From: a bacterium
Lineage (GTDB): Bacteria; Patescibacteriota; Microgenomatia; UBA1400; UBA12108
NCBI GenBank assembly: GCA_037133595.1
Contig: JBAXNV010000002.1
Coordinates: 1 to 58,405, forward strand
Length of the DNA stretch: 58,405 nt
Direction of reading: 5' to 3'
Below are positions 28,306 to 37,992 of the stretch, in pieces. How positions within the stretch are numbered: the stretch's first letter is position 1; each line of letters opens with the position of its first letter. The position numbers and the translations under genes are program-made. The notes under the pieces are model-generated. The model was not told the DNA's origin. It searched no databases and saw only the letters and a program-made list of their open reading frames with translations.

Positions 28306-29757
28306 CTAGAGAAGTTCTCCTTCGGCCTTTTGATAGCTGATTATAACGTCTTTTTCTCTGATTTCAATGTTTGGAAAAAGAAGAATCCCACATTCAACTC
28401 CAGATTCAGCTATTTTGACTTCATCCTTACCTATTCGCATAGCCTTGATGCGAGCATCTTTGGTGGTTCCGTCGGTATGTTTTAGATGAATAGTGTTGCC
28501 AGTTTCGAGCTTTCCAGAACCAACTTTGACTCCAGCTATCTTATCGCGATTAATCTCAAAAACCTTTAGGATTAAGCCTTCGCCAAGAACTTTTTCATCG
28601 TAATTTGGCTCTAGGAGACGCAGAATTTTTTTCTCGATAAACTCTAATAATTCATAAATTATTTTATGAGACAAGATTTTGACGTGTTCTACTTCGGCTA
28701 ATTTTTTGATACTGCTTGTAGCTTTGGAGTTGAAGCCTAGGATTATTGAACCTGTGGTGCTAGCGAGCAAAACATCTGATTCGTTGATATCTCCTGTACT
28801 ACTGTCAACAATATTAACTTCTGCTGGGAAACTGCCCATAATTGCCTCTAGAGAACCACGAGTATCTGCTTTGAGAATGATGTTGAGATGTTGACCACTT
28901 TGAGAGATAGGGGTTGTTGCTACGACAACTTCTTCATTTGGAACATAGACCCCCGAAGTTACAACTTCTCCTACTCCTGGGAGAGAATCCCAACCCAATA
29001 ATTGAACAGGGGTTCCTGGGAGAGCTTCCAAAACCTGTTTGCCAGCGTCGTTGTACATAGCTTTTAGCTTGCCATTTGCCGTACCTGCATGAATGTGATC
29101 ACCTATTCTTAACATTCCTTGTCGCACAATTGCGGAAACAATGTATCCGCGATGATTGTCTTTATGAGCTTCTATTATAGGAGCCTCGAGAGCACCTTGA
29201 GTATCGCCTTGAACTTCTTCTAGTTCTGCTAAGAGCAATATTGTCTCTAGCAATGAGTCGATACCTTTGCCAGTTTTGCCAGAAATTAACACAAACGGAA
29301 CGTTGCCGCCATAACCTTCAACAAATACTTCTGCTTGAGTAAGCTCTGCTTTGGCAACCTCTGGGTTGGAGTCTGGTTTATCAATTTTGTTTATTGCCAC
29401 TACATATGGAATTGCTGCTTCTTTGAGATGTTTTATCGATTCAAGAGTCTGAGGCTTGACCCCATCATCTGCTGCAACAACTAAAACAGCGACATCAGCA
29501 ATGCTTGCACCTCGACTTCGCATTTTACTAAAGGCTGCGTGTCCTGGAGTATCAATAAATGTAATAGATTTGTCCTGAAAAGTTGCTTGATAAGCTCCAA
29601 TGCTCTGTGTAATGCCTCCAGCCTCACTGGCAGCACGATGAGTCTGCCTAATGTAATCTAGAAGCGTTGTTTTACCGTGATCGACATGGCCCAATATCAC
29701 AACAATTGGAGGTCTTCCTGTGGAAATTTTCCCGATTGTTGAAGTTTTCTTGGTCAT
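28306..29757 (-). CDS. infB: Translation initiation factor IF-2, minimal form
   Basis: 483 aa. The G domain starts about 20 residues in (GHVDHGKTTLLD, DTPGH, NKID). No N-terminal domains are present. Confidence 0.93.
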   Translation of the reverse strand: MTKKTSTIGKISTGRPPIVVILGHVDHGKTTLLDYIRQTHRAASEAGGITQSIGAYQATFQDKSITFIDTPGHAAFSKMRSRGASIADVAVLVVAADDGVKPQTLESIKHLKEAAIPYVVAINKIDKPDSNPEVAKAELTQAEVFVEGYGGNVPFVLISGKTGKGIDSLLETILLLAELEEVQGDTQGALEAPIIEAHKDNHRGYIVSAIVRQGMLRIGDHIHAGTANGKLKAMYNDAGKQVLEALPGTPVQLLGWDSLPGVGEVVTSGVYVPNEEVVVATTPISQSGQHLNIILKADTRGSLEAIMGSFPAEVNIVDSSTGDINESDVLLASTTGSIILGFNSKATSSIKKLAEVEHVKILSHKIIYELLEFIEKKILRLLEPNYDEKVLGEGLILKVFEINRDKIAGVKVGSGKLETGNTIHLKHTDGTTKDARIKAMRIGKDEVKIAESGVECGILLFPNIEIREKDVIISYQKAEGELL

Positions 29758-29761
29758 ATTT

Positions 29762-30991
29762 TTATATATTATTTGCTTCCTCAGATTGAACGCGGGCTAA
29801 TTTTTCTGCTTCATCTTGAAGTTGACTCTTACGCTTCTCACGCCTTAGAACCGCTTTACCAATCTCAACTTCTGCTCTAAAGTCTAATTCGTTGAGAGCA
29901 ACTGCAATTGAAGGAAGTTTGGCAACCAGGTCTTCGATCTTGGTAATCCCAAGTTCAAGAACTGCATTGCGAATCTTACTATTGAGTCCCAATTCGTCGA
30001 TTTCAAACTTTTCATCGCCGGTAGTTGAGACAGAAATACCACCCTCTCCGTCACCTTTAATGTCTATTTTGTAATTGGTAAGTCTTGCGGCAAGGCGCGC
30101 ATTCTGGCCACCCTTACCGATTGCAAGACTAAGCTGATCTTCTGGCACAATTACTGTTGCCTTTTTCTTACTCTCATCGATTTCTATTGAAAGATTATCG
30201 GCAGGGGCAAGAGCCGCGGATATGTACTTCTTAGGATCTGTGCTGTACTCAATAATATCTATTTTTTCGCCATTTAATTCATTAATAACTGCCTGAACGC
30301 GAACACCTTTTTGACCAACACAAGAACCAACTGGATCAACTCCCTCGGCTGTGCTTACAACCGCAATCTTTGTTCTATGACCAGCTTCACGGGCAATTGC
30401 TTTAACTTCAACACTGCCTGCACCAAATTCGGGAACTTCGCGACGGAAAAGCTCTTCTACAAGTCGTGGATCTGCTCTACTAACTATAATCGCCTTGCCT
30501 TTGTAGGTGTCTCTAATTTCTTTAATAAATACAGCAACGCGTTGGTTGAGACGATAAAATTCATTGGCGATATTTTCACCAGGTGGCATAATTCCTTGAC
30601 CACGACCAATGTCGACAACTACATTTGGACCATCAAACCTTAAGATCATACCCGTTACCATCGTGCTCATGCGATCTTGGTAATCAGAAATTATGGCGTC
30701 TTTTTCGGCTTCGCGAACTTTTTGAAGAATTACTTGTTTGGCTACCTGAGCAGCAATACGGCCAAAGCCAGCGGGAGTAACGTCTTTACCTTCTTTGGTA
30801 ATAGACATAACACCTGTCTCTTCGTTAACAACGGCCTCATAAAACAAAATGTCTTCCTCACTAATACCAAAATCACGACGCATAGCCGCAAGAAGAGATT
30901 GTCTAATTGCTTCTAGAACAATTTTGGGGTCGATACCTCTTTCGGCACATATTTGATTGAGAGCAAGGGCAAATTCTGATCTAACTTGCAT
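29762..30991 (-). CDS. nusA: Transcription termination/antitermination factor NusA
   Basis: 409 aa with N-terminal, S1 and two KH domains (GSCVGQKGVRVQAV, AIGKGGQNARLAARLT). A GGAGGT SD lies upstream. Confidence 0.95.
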   Translation of the reverse strand: MQVRSEFALALNQICAERGIDPKIVLEAIRQSLLAAMRRDFGISEEDILFYEAVVNEETGVMSITKEGKDVTPAGFGRIAAQVAKQVILQKVREAEKDAIISDYQDRMSTMVTGMILRFDGPNVVVDIGRGQGIMPPGENIANEFYRLNQRVAVFIKEIRDTYKGKAIIVSRADPRLVEELFRREVPEFGAGSVEVKAIAREAGHRTKIAVVSTAEGVDPVGSCVGQKGVRVQAVINELNGEKIDIIEYSTDPKKYISAALAPADNLSIEIDESKKKATVIVPEDQLSLAIGKGGQNARLAARLTNYKIDIKGDGEGGISVSTTGDEKFEIDELGLNSKIRNAVLELGITKIEDLVAKLPSIAVALNELDFRAEVEIGKAVLRREKRKSQLQDEAEKLARVQSEEANNI

Positions 30992-31041
30992 ATGATTACC
31001 TCCGATATTATATTTTTATCTCGATAAAAGCTGTAGATAAT

Positions 31042-31064
31042 AAAAAAGGTGGTCAACCCACCTT
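31042..31064 (-). terminator. Rho-independent terminator upstream of nusA
   Basis: On the minus strand, a 7-bp stem AAGGTGG/CCACCTT with a 5-nt loop is followed by TTTTTT. Confidence 0.65.
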
Positions 31065-31125
31065 ATCCATTACACAAACAACTGGGGTTATTATAACACT
31101 CTGATTCATCAAAGGCTACTTTGGC

Positions 31126-31398
31126 TTATTTTATGTCGGAGAAGTCTTCGGGGAGAATATTGGTATTATTTAAATCTGATTCAATACTATTAATCTCTGT
31201 ACTTGCAGAAGTGTTTGGAATTTTTTCAAGCTCAGGATCAACTATTGGACTAGCTGCAGGATTAATAATTGTTGGAGCTGGCGTTGGCGCTGGGCTTGTT
31301 GTAGGTGATACATCTGTTGCAGCTTCTTTATTGCTCACAATACTACAACCACCAAGAATGATAGAAGTAAGACTAATGATAACTATTTTTTTATACAT
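31126..31398 (-). CDS. Small lipoprotein, function unknown
   Basis: The likely start is MYKKIVIISLTSIILGGC, a lipobox (LGGC). The mature part is rich in P, T and S. The longer ORF (to 31527) would overlap the upstream gene by 128 nt. Confidence 0.55.
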   Translation of the reverse strand: MYKKIVIISLTSIILGGCSIVSNKEAATDVSPTTSPAPTPAPTIINPAASPIVDPELEKIPNTSASTEINSIESDLNNTNILPEDFSDIK

Positions 31399-31399
31399 T

Positions 31400-31903
31400 T
31401 TACCGCACCCCCTTGATGTCCTTAATAACTGAAATAGCTTCAACCATCTCAATTTGAGCTTGTTTGTATAGTTTTCGCGATTCTTCGGCAAGGTCGCGAG
31501 CGATAAACACCTTATCCTTTTGCTCACTAAATTTGGATGGATCTATGGCGCGAAATGCTGCAACAGATTCTATTCCCTTAGTCTTGGCAGATTCCAAAGT
31601 TAGTATTGCGGCTGAAAGCTTAACCTGAACAGAAGTTACATCCTTACCCTGATGACCCAATAGGATAATATGTGAATGTAATCGTTCCCAAATATTTTTG
31701 AGTCGTGTGTAATATGTGTTGAAATGATTCTCTAGGCGATTGGCATGAAGTTCGGCAACGTTATCCCCAATCTCTTGATGTATTTGTCCACCGCGAGGAA
31801 TGATCGATTGGGCTGGACTTGCACTTTGAGCAAATGTGGTTGGCGCGATCCACAAAGATAATAATGCTAATATGCTGGTAGTGAGAAGTTTTTGCTTAAT
31901 CAT
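31400..31903 (-). CDS. Secreted helical protein, function unknown
   Basis: The likely start is MIKQKLLTTSILALLSLWIAPTTFAQSA (signal peptide), preceded by an AAGGAG SD. The longer ORF (to 32008) would overlap the upstream gene. Confidence 0.55.
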   Translation of the reverse strand: MIKQKLLTTSILALLSLWIAPTTFAQSASPAQSIIPRGGQIHQEIGDNVAELHANRLENHFNTYYTRLKNIWERLHSHIILLGHQGKDVTSVQVKLSAAILTLESAKTKGIESVAAFRAIDPSKFSEQKDKVFIARDLAEESRKLYKQAQIEMVEAISVIKDIKGVR

Positions 31904-31913
31904 GTCGCTCCTT

Positions 31914-32453
31914 TTATAAAATTGGGAAAGTAAATGTACTAGTGGCTTCATTGCCTTGCTCATCTTTGACTCTAACCTGATATTTATGAGTATCATTCCT
32001 ATTACCACTTAGGCAATATTCGCTGTGAAGATCGCGCCAATCATTGTTGTCCATGCGCTCTGACTTGGTAAGTCGATCACTTTGGGTAATGTTGTCGGAA
32101 ATATTAACAACTTTGACACACGTTTGACTTTCGCCATTTTTCCATGGTCCTTCAAAATTCATGGTTGGAGCTTGCTGATCTGTAACGATACTCCCAACAG
32201 CTTTGGTGACAATTGGCTTGGGAGTAGATTTGACTTTGGTAATTGCCTGTTTTGTTGAAACAGGTGACCTTGAAGGCTGAGAAGTTGATGATGGCTTAGT
32301 AGATGCAATTGGCTCAATTATAGGAGATGGAGCTGGCACAACATTTCTGTTTGACAAATCCTTAACCCATGTTGTTAAAACACCAGAACTTAATCCCAAG
32401 ATTAGCATAGTTATGACTGTGCCTGAGGCTAAAACTATGATATTTTTTAACAT
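31914..32453 (-). CDS. Membrane-anchored protein, function unknown
   Basis: 179 aa with an N-terminal TM helix, a P/S/T-rich linker and a small C-terminal domain with two Cys residues. An AAGGAA SD lies upstream. Confidence 0.55.
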   Translation of the reverse strand: MLKNIIVLASGTVITMLILGLSSGVLTTWVKDLSNRNVVPAPSPIIEPIASTKPSSTSQPSRSPVSTKQAITKVKSTPKPIVTKAVGSIVTDQQAPTMNFEGPWKNGESQTCVKVVNISDNITQSDRLTKSERMDNNDWRDLHSEYCLSGNRNDTHKYQVRVKDEQGNEATSTFTFPIL

Positions 32454-32464
32454 AAGTTCCTTAT

Positions 32465-33454
32465 TTAAAATGACAGGAAATTAAGAAGTTTGGTGAATGC
32501 AGATTCGTTGGTACTAACAACATCGCCAGTTTCTGTTGAGACATTTACTTGGCGTTTTAGATTGATTCGAAAAATACCAAAAACCTTCTTTTCTTGATCT
32601 GTGGAAAATTTGTAAACGGCCTGGCCATTTATTTCTGATAGCTCTGGGCCAGAAGTCGCAATGCCTGCGCTATCGCTTGCAACATTAAGACCCTTTTCTC
32701 TCAAGCGACCTACTGCCTCATCTGGCAAAATAGTTAATATCTTGGTTGTACCATCTTTTTTCGTGAGCACTAATTCGTTATTCTCATTAATACTAACTGG
32801 CATGTCGGTGTTAACTTTGACTTGATCACGCATGATTTCTAGTTTCTTAGCAGATTTGGCGCTTACCTTAACGATAGTACCATCGGGGCGATTAATCTCG
32901 ATTTGATCCTCACCTTCTACGGATTTGTCGCTTTCGCTAGCTATGGTTCCATCTGCATTAAAAATGTGCTCTCGGACTATTAACATTGAAGGCTTGTCCA
33001 TTTCAGCTCCCGGAGTGGCGTCTTGACTTATTAAGTCGAAGTTGGCCGTTTGCTTCTTACTTTCAAGAAGCTTCTTCTTTGCTTGTATGTATATTTCTAC
33101 TTGCTTCTTAGTTTCCTCGCGATTCTTTTCCATGTTTTGCTTAGCTTGTTCGCGAATTTTTTCAGAAGCTTGTTTGGCGCGTTCACGAGCCTGTTCCTGA
33201 GATTTTTGCGTGTTACTATTTACTGAAACTGAGTTTGACTGAGGAGTCTCGGTTTGCTTTGGAACCACTGGCTCGCTTGACTCAATGGGCACGGTCATAT
33301 CGGTCGATTGTGTTTCGTCACCCAAAATTGAACTACTTATATAGCTAAGAATACCAGGCTCACTGATAAACCAAGAGGCCGATGCTGAAGTGGGGGCAGA
33401 AAGAGCGATAAGTGAGATAACAATAAACGTGATGTAATTGTTTCGAGTAGACAT
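32465..33454 (-). CDS. Secreted protein with a charged coiled-coil segment, function unknown
   Basis: The likely start is MSTRNNYITFIVISLIALSAPTSASA with a GGAGG SD 5 nt upstream. A K/E/Q-rich helix follows (QEQARERAKQASEKIREQAKQNMEKNREETKKQ). Confidence 0.55.
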   Translation of the reverse strand: MSTRNNYITFIVISLIALSAPTSASASWFISEPGILSYISSSILGDETQSTDMTVPIESSEPVVPKQTETPQSNSVSVNSNTQKSQEQARERAKQASEKIREQAKQNMEKNREETKKQVEIYIQAKKKLLESKKQTANFDLISQDATPGAEMDKPSMLIVREHIFNADGTIASESDKSVEGEDQIEINRPDGTIVKVSAKSAKKLEIMRDQVKVNTDMPVSINENNELVLTKKDGTTKILTILPDEAVGRLREKGLNVASDSAGIATSGPELSEINGQAVYKFSTDQEKKVFGIFRINLKRQVNVSTETGDVVSTNESAFTKLLNFLSF

Positions 33455-33511
33455 TCTAACCTCCAAATATGTTGGTGATATAGTTATGACAGATTGAAAA
33501 GTAATGTCAAC

Positions 33512-34375
33512 TTATAGTTCGTTGTCGAGCTGTTCAATCAATTTTTTGGCATTTCGCGAAAGCTTGTCTGGCAACATGACCTTAAATTTAATATATAAAT
33601 CACCTGACTTACCCCCGCGCACATTCTTCATGCCTTTACTGGATAAACGAACTGTTGTGGATGGTTGTGTGCCAGATCTAACCTTTAGTTTGAGAGGTCC
33701 TTCTGGTGTATTGACAATGGTGTCCCCACCAAGAATGGCAAGGGTAAATGGAATTTCGTGATAAAGAAACAAATCATCGCCTTCGCGACGATAGTTTTGG
33801 TCTGGTTTGACATTAATAGTTATATCAAATTCGTTGTAGCGAATACGCGTACCATCGTCGGCTCCTGGGGGAATCTTGACAGTGTATTGTTTGCCTTGGT
33901 GAATAAACGTCTTAGTAACGCCTTTATAGCTTTCCAAAAATTCTATAGACAGAGAATAATGTGGTTTGGCTTGATAGCTACCCCCAAAAGGATTGCCGCC
34001 AAAAAAACTTTCAAAAACGCTAAATGGATCACTCCCCCCTCCAGTTCCCCCAAAAAGATCTTCAAATCCACCTCCCGTGGAGTAGGTATAGGAAAAAGGC
34101 CCCTGTCTATACGTCTGTCCACCTTGTTGGCCACCAAAACCAGCGGATGGATCAAAGGCGGCGTGACCAAATTGGTCGTACTTGCCTCTTTTCTCTTTAT
34201 TACTGAGCACTTCGTAGGCCTCATTAATCTCTTTAAACTTAGCTTCTGCGCCTGATTCTTTGTTGCGATCGGGGTGCCATTTGAGCGCGAGCTTTCTGTA
34301 TGCAGACTTCAGCTCGGCTTCGGTAGCGCTTCTAGTAACACCTAGTAGTTCGTAATAATCTTTCTTGGAAGTCAT
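33512..34375 (-). CDS. dnaJ: J-domain co-chaperone, class B (no zinc-finger domain)
   Basis: 287 aa with a J domain carrying HPD (KWHPDRN), a G/F-rich linker and C-terminal substrate-binding domains. The whole protein has no cysteine, so the CxxCxGxG repeats are absent. Confidence 0.85.
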   Translation of the reverse strand: MTSKKDYYELLGVTRSATEAELKSAYRKLALKWHPDRNKESGAEAKFKEINEAYEVLSNKEKRGKYDQFGHAAFDPSAGFGGQQGGQTYRQGPFSYTYSTGGGFEDLFGGTGGGSDPFSVFESFFGGNPFGGSYQAKPHYSLSIEFLESYKGVTKTFIHQGKQYTVKIPPGADDGTRIRYNEFDITINVKPDQNYRREGDDLFLYHEIPFTLAILGGDTIVNTPEGPLKLKVRSGTQPSTTVRLSSKGMKNVRGGKSGDLYIKFKVMLPDKLSRNAKKLIEQLDNEL

Positions 34376-34381
34376 AGATTG

Positions 34382-35278
34382 CTATTTTATCAGATCGACG
34401 ACAATATCTCCTTCTTGATCAGTACGACGAATGGTGGCACCAACCTCTTTGAGCCGAGTAAGCGCCTCAATTGTAGGATGTCCATAAGTATTTTTGGCAC
34501 CTACGCTAATAACTGCGAGCTCTGGTTTGAGAATTTTTAAGAATGAAGCCGAGCTACTATATTTGCTCCCATGATGACCAACTTTGAGAAGATCAACGTC
34601 TGTGAGTAAATTATCATTTATGAGTGATTGTTCTGTTGGTTCGCCAATATCCCCAACTAATAAAGCTTTGTACCCTGATTCATCCAGTTCGATGACCACA
34701 CTTCTCTCGTTGGTATTTTTGACAATGTTAATCCCAAGTACGCGAGAACGTTCTTCTTTTGTAATTGTTGGATCTAGTGCAAGAAGTGTTTCTTTATTGG
34801 GATTTTTGGGCCAAAGAACGCGAAAGAGCAATGAATCATTTTGTCCTACTTTAACAATATCTCCCTGACCAACCTGATCTACGCGAAGGTTTTGTGAGCG
34901 CAGAATATCGATAAATTGAGCTGTTGCATCGCTTTCACCCATGCCATCTCCAGTAATGATTTTGCCTATTTGGTATCTAGTAAGTATGCTATTTATCCCA
35001 TTAAGATGATCGTAATCAGTGTTTGAGAAAATAACTAATTCGATAGTTCTATCCCAAAAAGGAATGTGACGAGAAAGACATGCAAGAACCATATCCCCGC
35101 GTGGACCTCCGTCAATTAAGACCTGAATATCCCCTTTTATAAGTAAAAGCGCATCTCCTTGCCCAACATCACAAACTATTAATTTGGCAACTTTACTGGG
35201 TAGCGAAACAATGATCAAAATAATCAGAGTTAGAAAAAATATAACAGCTGTGTATGTAGTGGAATTTTTGACATGCAT
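34382..35278 (-). CDS. comEC: ComEC C-terminal metallo-beta-lactamase domain, encoded as a separate ORF
   Basis: 298 aa with one TM helix, then VCDVGQGDALLL, LIDGGP and VGHHGSKYSS, which are typical of the ComEC MBL domain. It is in the same reading frame as the upstream ORF, separated by TAA plus three codons. Confidence 0.8.
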   Translation of the reverse strand: MHVKNSTTYTAVIFFLTLIILIIVSLPSKVAKLIVCDVGQGDALLLIKGDIQVLIDGGPRGDMVLACLSRHIPFWDRTIELVIFSNTDYDHLNGINSILTRYQIGKIITGDGMGESDATAQFIDILRSQNLRVDQVGQGDIVKVGQNDSLLFRVLWPKNPNKETLLALDPTITKEERSRVLGINIVKNTNERSVVIELDESGYKALLVGDIGEPTEQSLINDNLLTDVDLLKVGHHGSKYSSSASFLKILKPELAVISVGAKNTYGHPTIEALTRLKEVGATIRRTDQEGDIVVDLIK

Positions 35279-35287
35279 AACTATATA

Positions 35288-36442
35288 TTAGAACGAACCA
35301 AAAAAATTAACGACTTGTACAAAATACAATAATGGCAGATACAGAATTGGAGAAACCCATGATGATAAGAATGGCAACATACTAGCAATTACTAAAAATA
35401 TTGAGGTTAAACTCATTAAGAGCGGGATTATCGGCAAAATTAATAAATTGCATAGTGGACCAATCCAGGAAAATTGACCAAAGGTTATTAATGAAATTGG
35501 TGTAGTAGCAAGAGTTGCTGCGATTGTTGGCCACCAGAAATCGTGCAGAATATTATTTAATTTTGATAATCGGGAGGGGAGCACAAAATACTTGGAAAGT
35601 ATTGGTTCCAAATATAGAATGCCAGCAGTAGCGGCGACAGAGAGCTGCCAACCAACATCAAACATATAAAATGGATCTACTAGCAACATTGAATATGAAG
35701 CAATAATAAATAATCTTTTGGCATCTTTTTGACGACCTAATCCCGTACCAAGAAGCATTAGAAATCCCATTATTCCGGCACGAACTACGGCTGCCGACCC
35801 ACCCGAAAGCAGACAAAAAACTAAAATCCCCAAGCTTGCAATCAACAATGCAATTCCATGAGGAAATGCATATGTTGCAATTCCTAGAATATATCTTGCA
35901 ACAATATTGACGTTGTACCCACTGGCCGCTACCGTATGCAAGGTTCCACTTTTTGTTAAAGAAGTACGAAAATCATAAGAAAGATCTCGCTTGACTCCCA
36001 GCAATATTCCCGCAGCCAAACTACTTTCAGGCTCTGGAAGGTTACGAGCGAGAAGTGAGGTAAAATTATTACGCACGCGAGCAAGAAATATGAGTGATTT
36101 TTCTCCTAAATTCAGCGATGGATTATTGGTGATTAATTGTGTGTTTTTTGCAGCAAGCGATAATCTCGAAACCTCACCAAATTGAATTGTGGGAACGATG
36201 GTGCCACTAACGATATATTTGAACCCAAGATCAAGTGATTGATATTCTCCCCACTCAATCGTAGTGTGACCTATTTGATACCTAAATTTGTTTCCAACCT
36301 GCGTTGGAGTATCTAGTAACACGAACTCATAACTAACTATGTCACCATTGTTATAAGATTTTGGGATTAACGAAGGCTTAAAATACAAACGAAATAAATA
36401 TATTAGTGCAAATACGATAATAGGCCATACGTACTTGTGCAT
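35288..36442 (-). CDS. comEC: ComEC/Rec2 competence channel (DUF4131 plus Competence domains), N-terminal part
   Basis: 384 aa and polytopic. The motif SLTKSGTLHTVAASGYNVNIVA matches the ComEC competence-domain signature. It overlaps the comEA stop by 1 nt (TGATG). Confidence 0.85.
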   Translation of the reverse strand: MHKYVWPIIVFALIYLFRLYFKPSLIPKSYNNGDIVSYEFVLLDTPTQVGNKFRYQIGHTTIEWGEYQSLDLGFKYIVSGTIVPTIQFGEVSRLSLAAKNTQLITNNPSLNLGEKSLIFLARVRNNFTSLLARNLPEPESSLAAGILLGVKRDLSYDFRTSLTKSGTLHTVAASGYNVNIVARYILGIATYAFPHGIALLIASLGILVFCLLSGGSAAVVRAGIMGFLMLLGTGLGRQKDAKRLFIIASYSMLLVDPFYMFDVGWQLSVAATAGILYLEPILSKYFVLPSRLSKLNNILHDFWWPTIAATLATTPISLITFGQFSWIGPLCNLLILPIIPLLMSLTSIFLVIASMLPFLSSWVSPILYLPLLYFVQVVNFFGSF

Positions 36443-37035
36443 CAGAGGGAAATTTCGATTTTAATTTTTGAAAAAACACTATCTGGTATTTTGGCCTTGC
36501 TCTTGAGCTCATCTATAGTTGTATATGGACGATTGGTGATAATATCTTGGGCTCTAGTTGGACCAATCCCCCATAATCTATCGAGTTCACTTTCGCTTGC
36601 TGAATTAATACTAACGAGAGAAGTTGTATTTCCGTTCGAAGTAGTAGTAGTGTTTGTCGTAACGACTGTGGGTACTTCGCCTTTTTTTAGAATATATATT
36701 TTGCTACCATCTGTAACTACTGATGCTAGGTTAACGTTGCGAGCTAAATAATTCTTATCAGCTACTACAGCGAGTCCACCAGCAGCAACGAGAGCATCAC
36801 TTACTCTAGAACCTGGAGATAAAGTGTAAACTCCTGGATTTTCAACAGCACCGGAAACATCGACAACAATGTTTGAAATTGCGGTAGGCAATGGTGAGGG
36901 ACTAGTGTTTGCTTTGATTATTTCTACAACTGGAGGTTTTGGAATAAATAATTCTTGTAGACCATATCCAATTAGACATGCACCAATTATACCAAGGGTC
37001 ATAATTGGAAGATATGAACGCCATTGTTGCCACAT
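36442..37035 (-). CDS. comEA: ComEA DNA receptor (SLBB plus helix-hairpin-helix)
   Basis: 197 aa with a TM helix, an SLBB-like segment (VDVSGAVENPGVYTL) and an HhH motif (INSASESELDRLWGIGPTRAQDII). Confidence 0.85.
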   Translation of the reverse strand: MWQQWRSYLPIMTLGIIGACLIGYGLQELFIPKPPVVEIIKANTSPSPLPTAISNIVVDVSGAVENPGVYTLSPGSRVSDALVAAGGLAVVADKNYLARNVNLASVVTDGSKIYILKKGEVPTVVTTNTTTTSNGNTTSLVSINSASESELDRLWGIGPTRAQDIITNRPYTTIDELKSKAKIPDSVFSKIKIEISL

Positions 37036-37437
37036 TTATTCTACTTTAGCAAAATATTCTTTCATTGGTTTCCAGTAATTGTCTTCCCAACCTTCCCGTA
37101 GCTCTTTGAGATGCTTTGGAGGCACGCTGGTTTGGACAAAACTTAAGACGCAACCGTTTTTGTGAGAATCAAAGCTAAGTTCCACGTGGGAAGGCTCCTC
37201 TTTGCTCCAGCCGGGCCAGTCAAAGTGCCAGTCTTGATCGATCGAGAGCGATTCTTTGTCGATACCGGTTGTTACTCCAGTAATAGTCCTTCCCCATAGG
37301 CGAAACTTGCCACCGATCTCGGGGCTAATGTGGGCGTCGGCGTTGACCATGGCGCTATGAGCTTTCTCATCGAGCCATGCGTGGAAGGCAGTTTCTGGCT
37401 CACAGGGAAGGATTATCTGTTCTCTAATAGTACTCAT
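37036..37437 (-). CDS. SRPBCC / Aha1-domain protein
   Basis: 133 aa with the pattern typical of AHSA1-type SRPBCC proteins (GGKFRLWG..., EGWEDNYWKPMKEYF). An AGGAGG SD lies upstream. Confidence 0.65.
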   Translation of the reverse strand: MSTIREQIILPCEPETAFHAWLDEKAHSAMVNADAHISPEIGGKFRLWGRTITGVTTGIDKESLSIDQDWHFDWPGWSKEEPSHVELSFDSHKNGCVLSFVQTSVPPKHLKELREGWEDNYWKPMKEYFAKVE

Positions 37438-37457
37438 GAACCTCCTTGTTTACTCGC

Positions 37458-37467
37458 ATCTTAACAT
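37458..37467 (-). promoter_or_regulatory. ATGTTAAGAT box, copy 3 of 3 (here followed by a 20-nt SD-containing leader)
   Basis: The minus strand reads ATGTTAAGAT-GCGAGTAAACAAGGAGGTT-ATG(37437). Confidence 0.45.
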
Positions 37468-37494
37468 CTGGACTTAGTTAATGGTAACACAAGA

Positions 37495-37965
37495 TTAAAT
37501 CCGTAGTGCGACGAGAAGTTTGGCAGCGAAAACTTGGCGAATAGCTGGGTCGGCAACCTCTTTTTTGTGCATCATGTTTTGATGAAGGTTGTCACCAATG
37601 TAGCGAGGGTAGATATGCAAGTGATAGTGAAAGGCGTGTTGATCACCTGCAGGCTCGTTGTTTTGGAGAGTTGTAATACCATCACATTGATAAGTTTTTT
37701 TCATTGCAAGAGCAATTTTCTTGGAAATTGTAAAGATTTGAGTCCCTACATTTTTGGGTAAATAATACAAATTTTCGATATGTTCATTTGGTACGACAAT
37801 TACATGACCCGGGTTGTTTTTGACCCAGAAAGAATTGATAAACGCACTTACCAATTCATCTGTGTAAATTAGATCCTGTTTTAGAAGTAGTGTGTGCGAA
37901 TTTTCTATTCCATGAATACCAAGACAAATAGGACAGAGATAATCGGCTGATGCATGGCTGTACAT
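37495..37965 (-). CDS. HIT-family nucleotide hydrolase/transferase
   Basis: 156 aa with the histidine triad HAFHYHLHIYPR and an N-terminal CPIC pair. Confidence 0.8.
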   Translation of the reverse strand: MYSHASADYLCPICLGIHGIENSHTLLLKQDLIYTDELVSAFINSFWVKNNPGHVIVVPNEHIENLYYLPKNVGTQIFTISKKIALAMKKTYQCDGITTLQNNEPAGDQHAFHYHLHIYPRYIGDNLHQNMMHKKEVADPAIRQVFAAKLLVALRI

Positions 37966-37992
37966 ATAATTTTGTAATGATAATTATTATTA

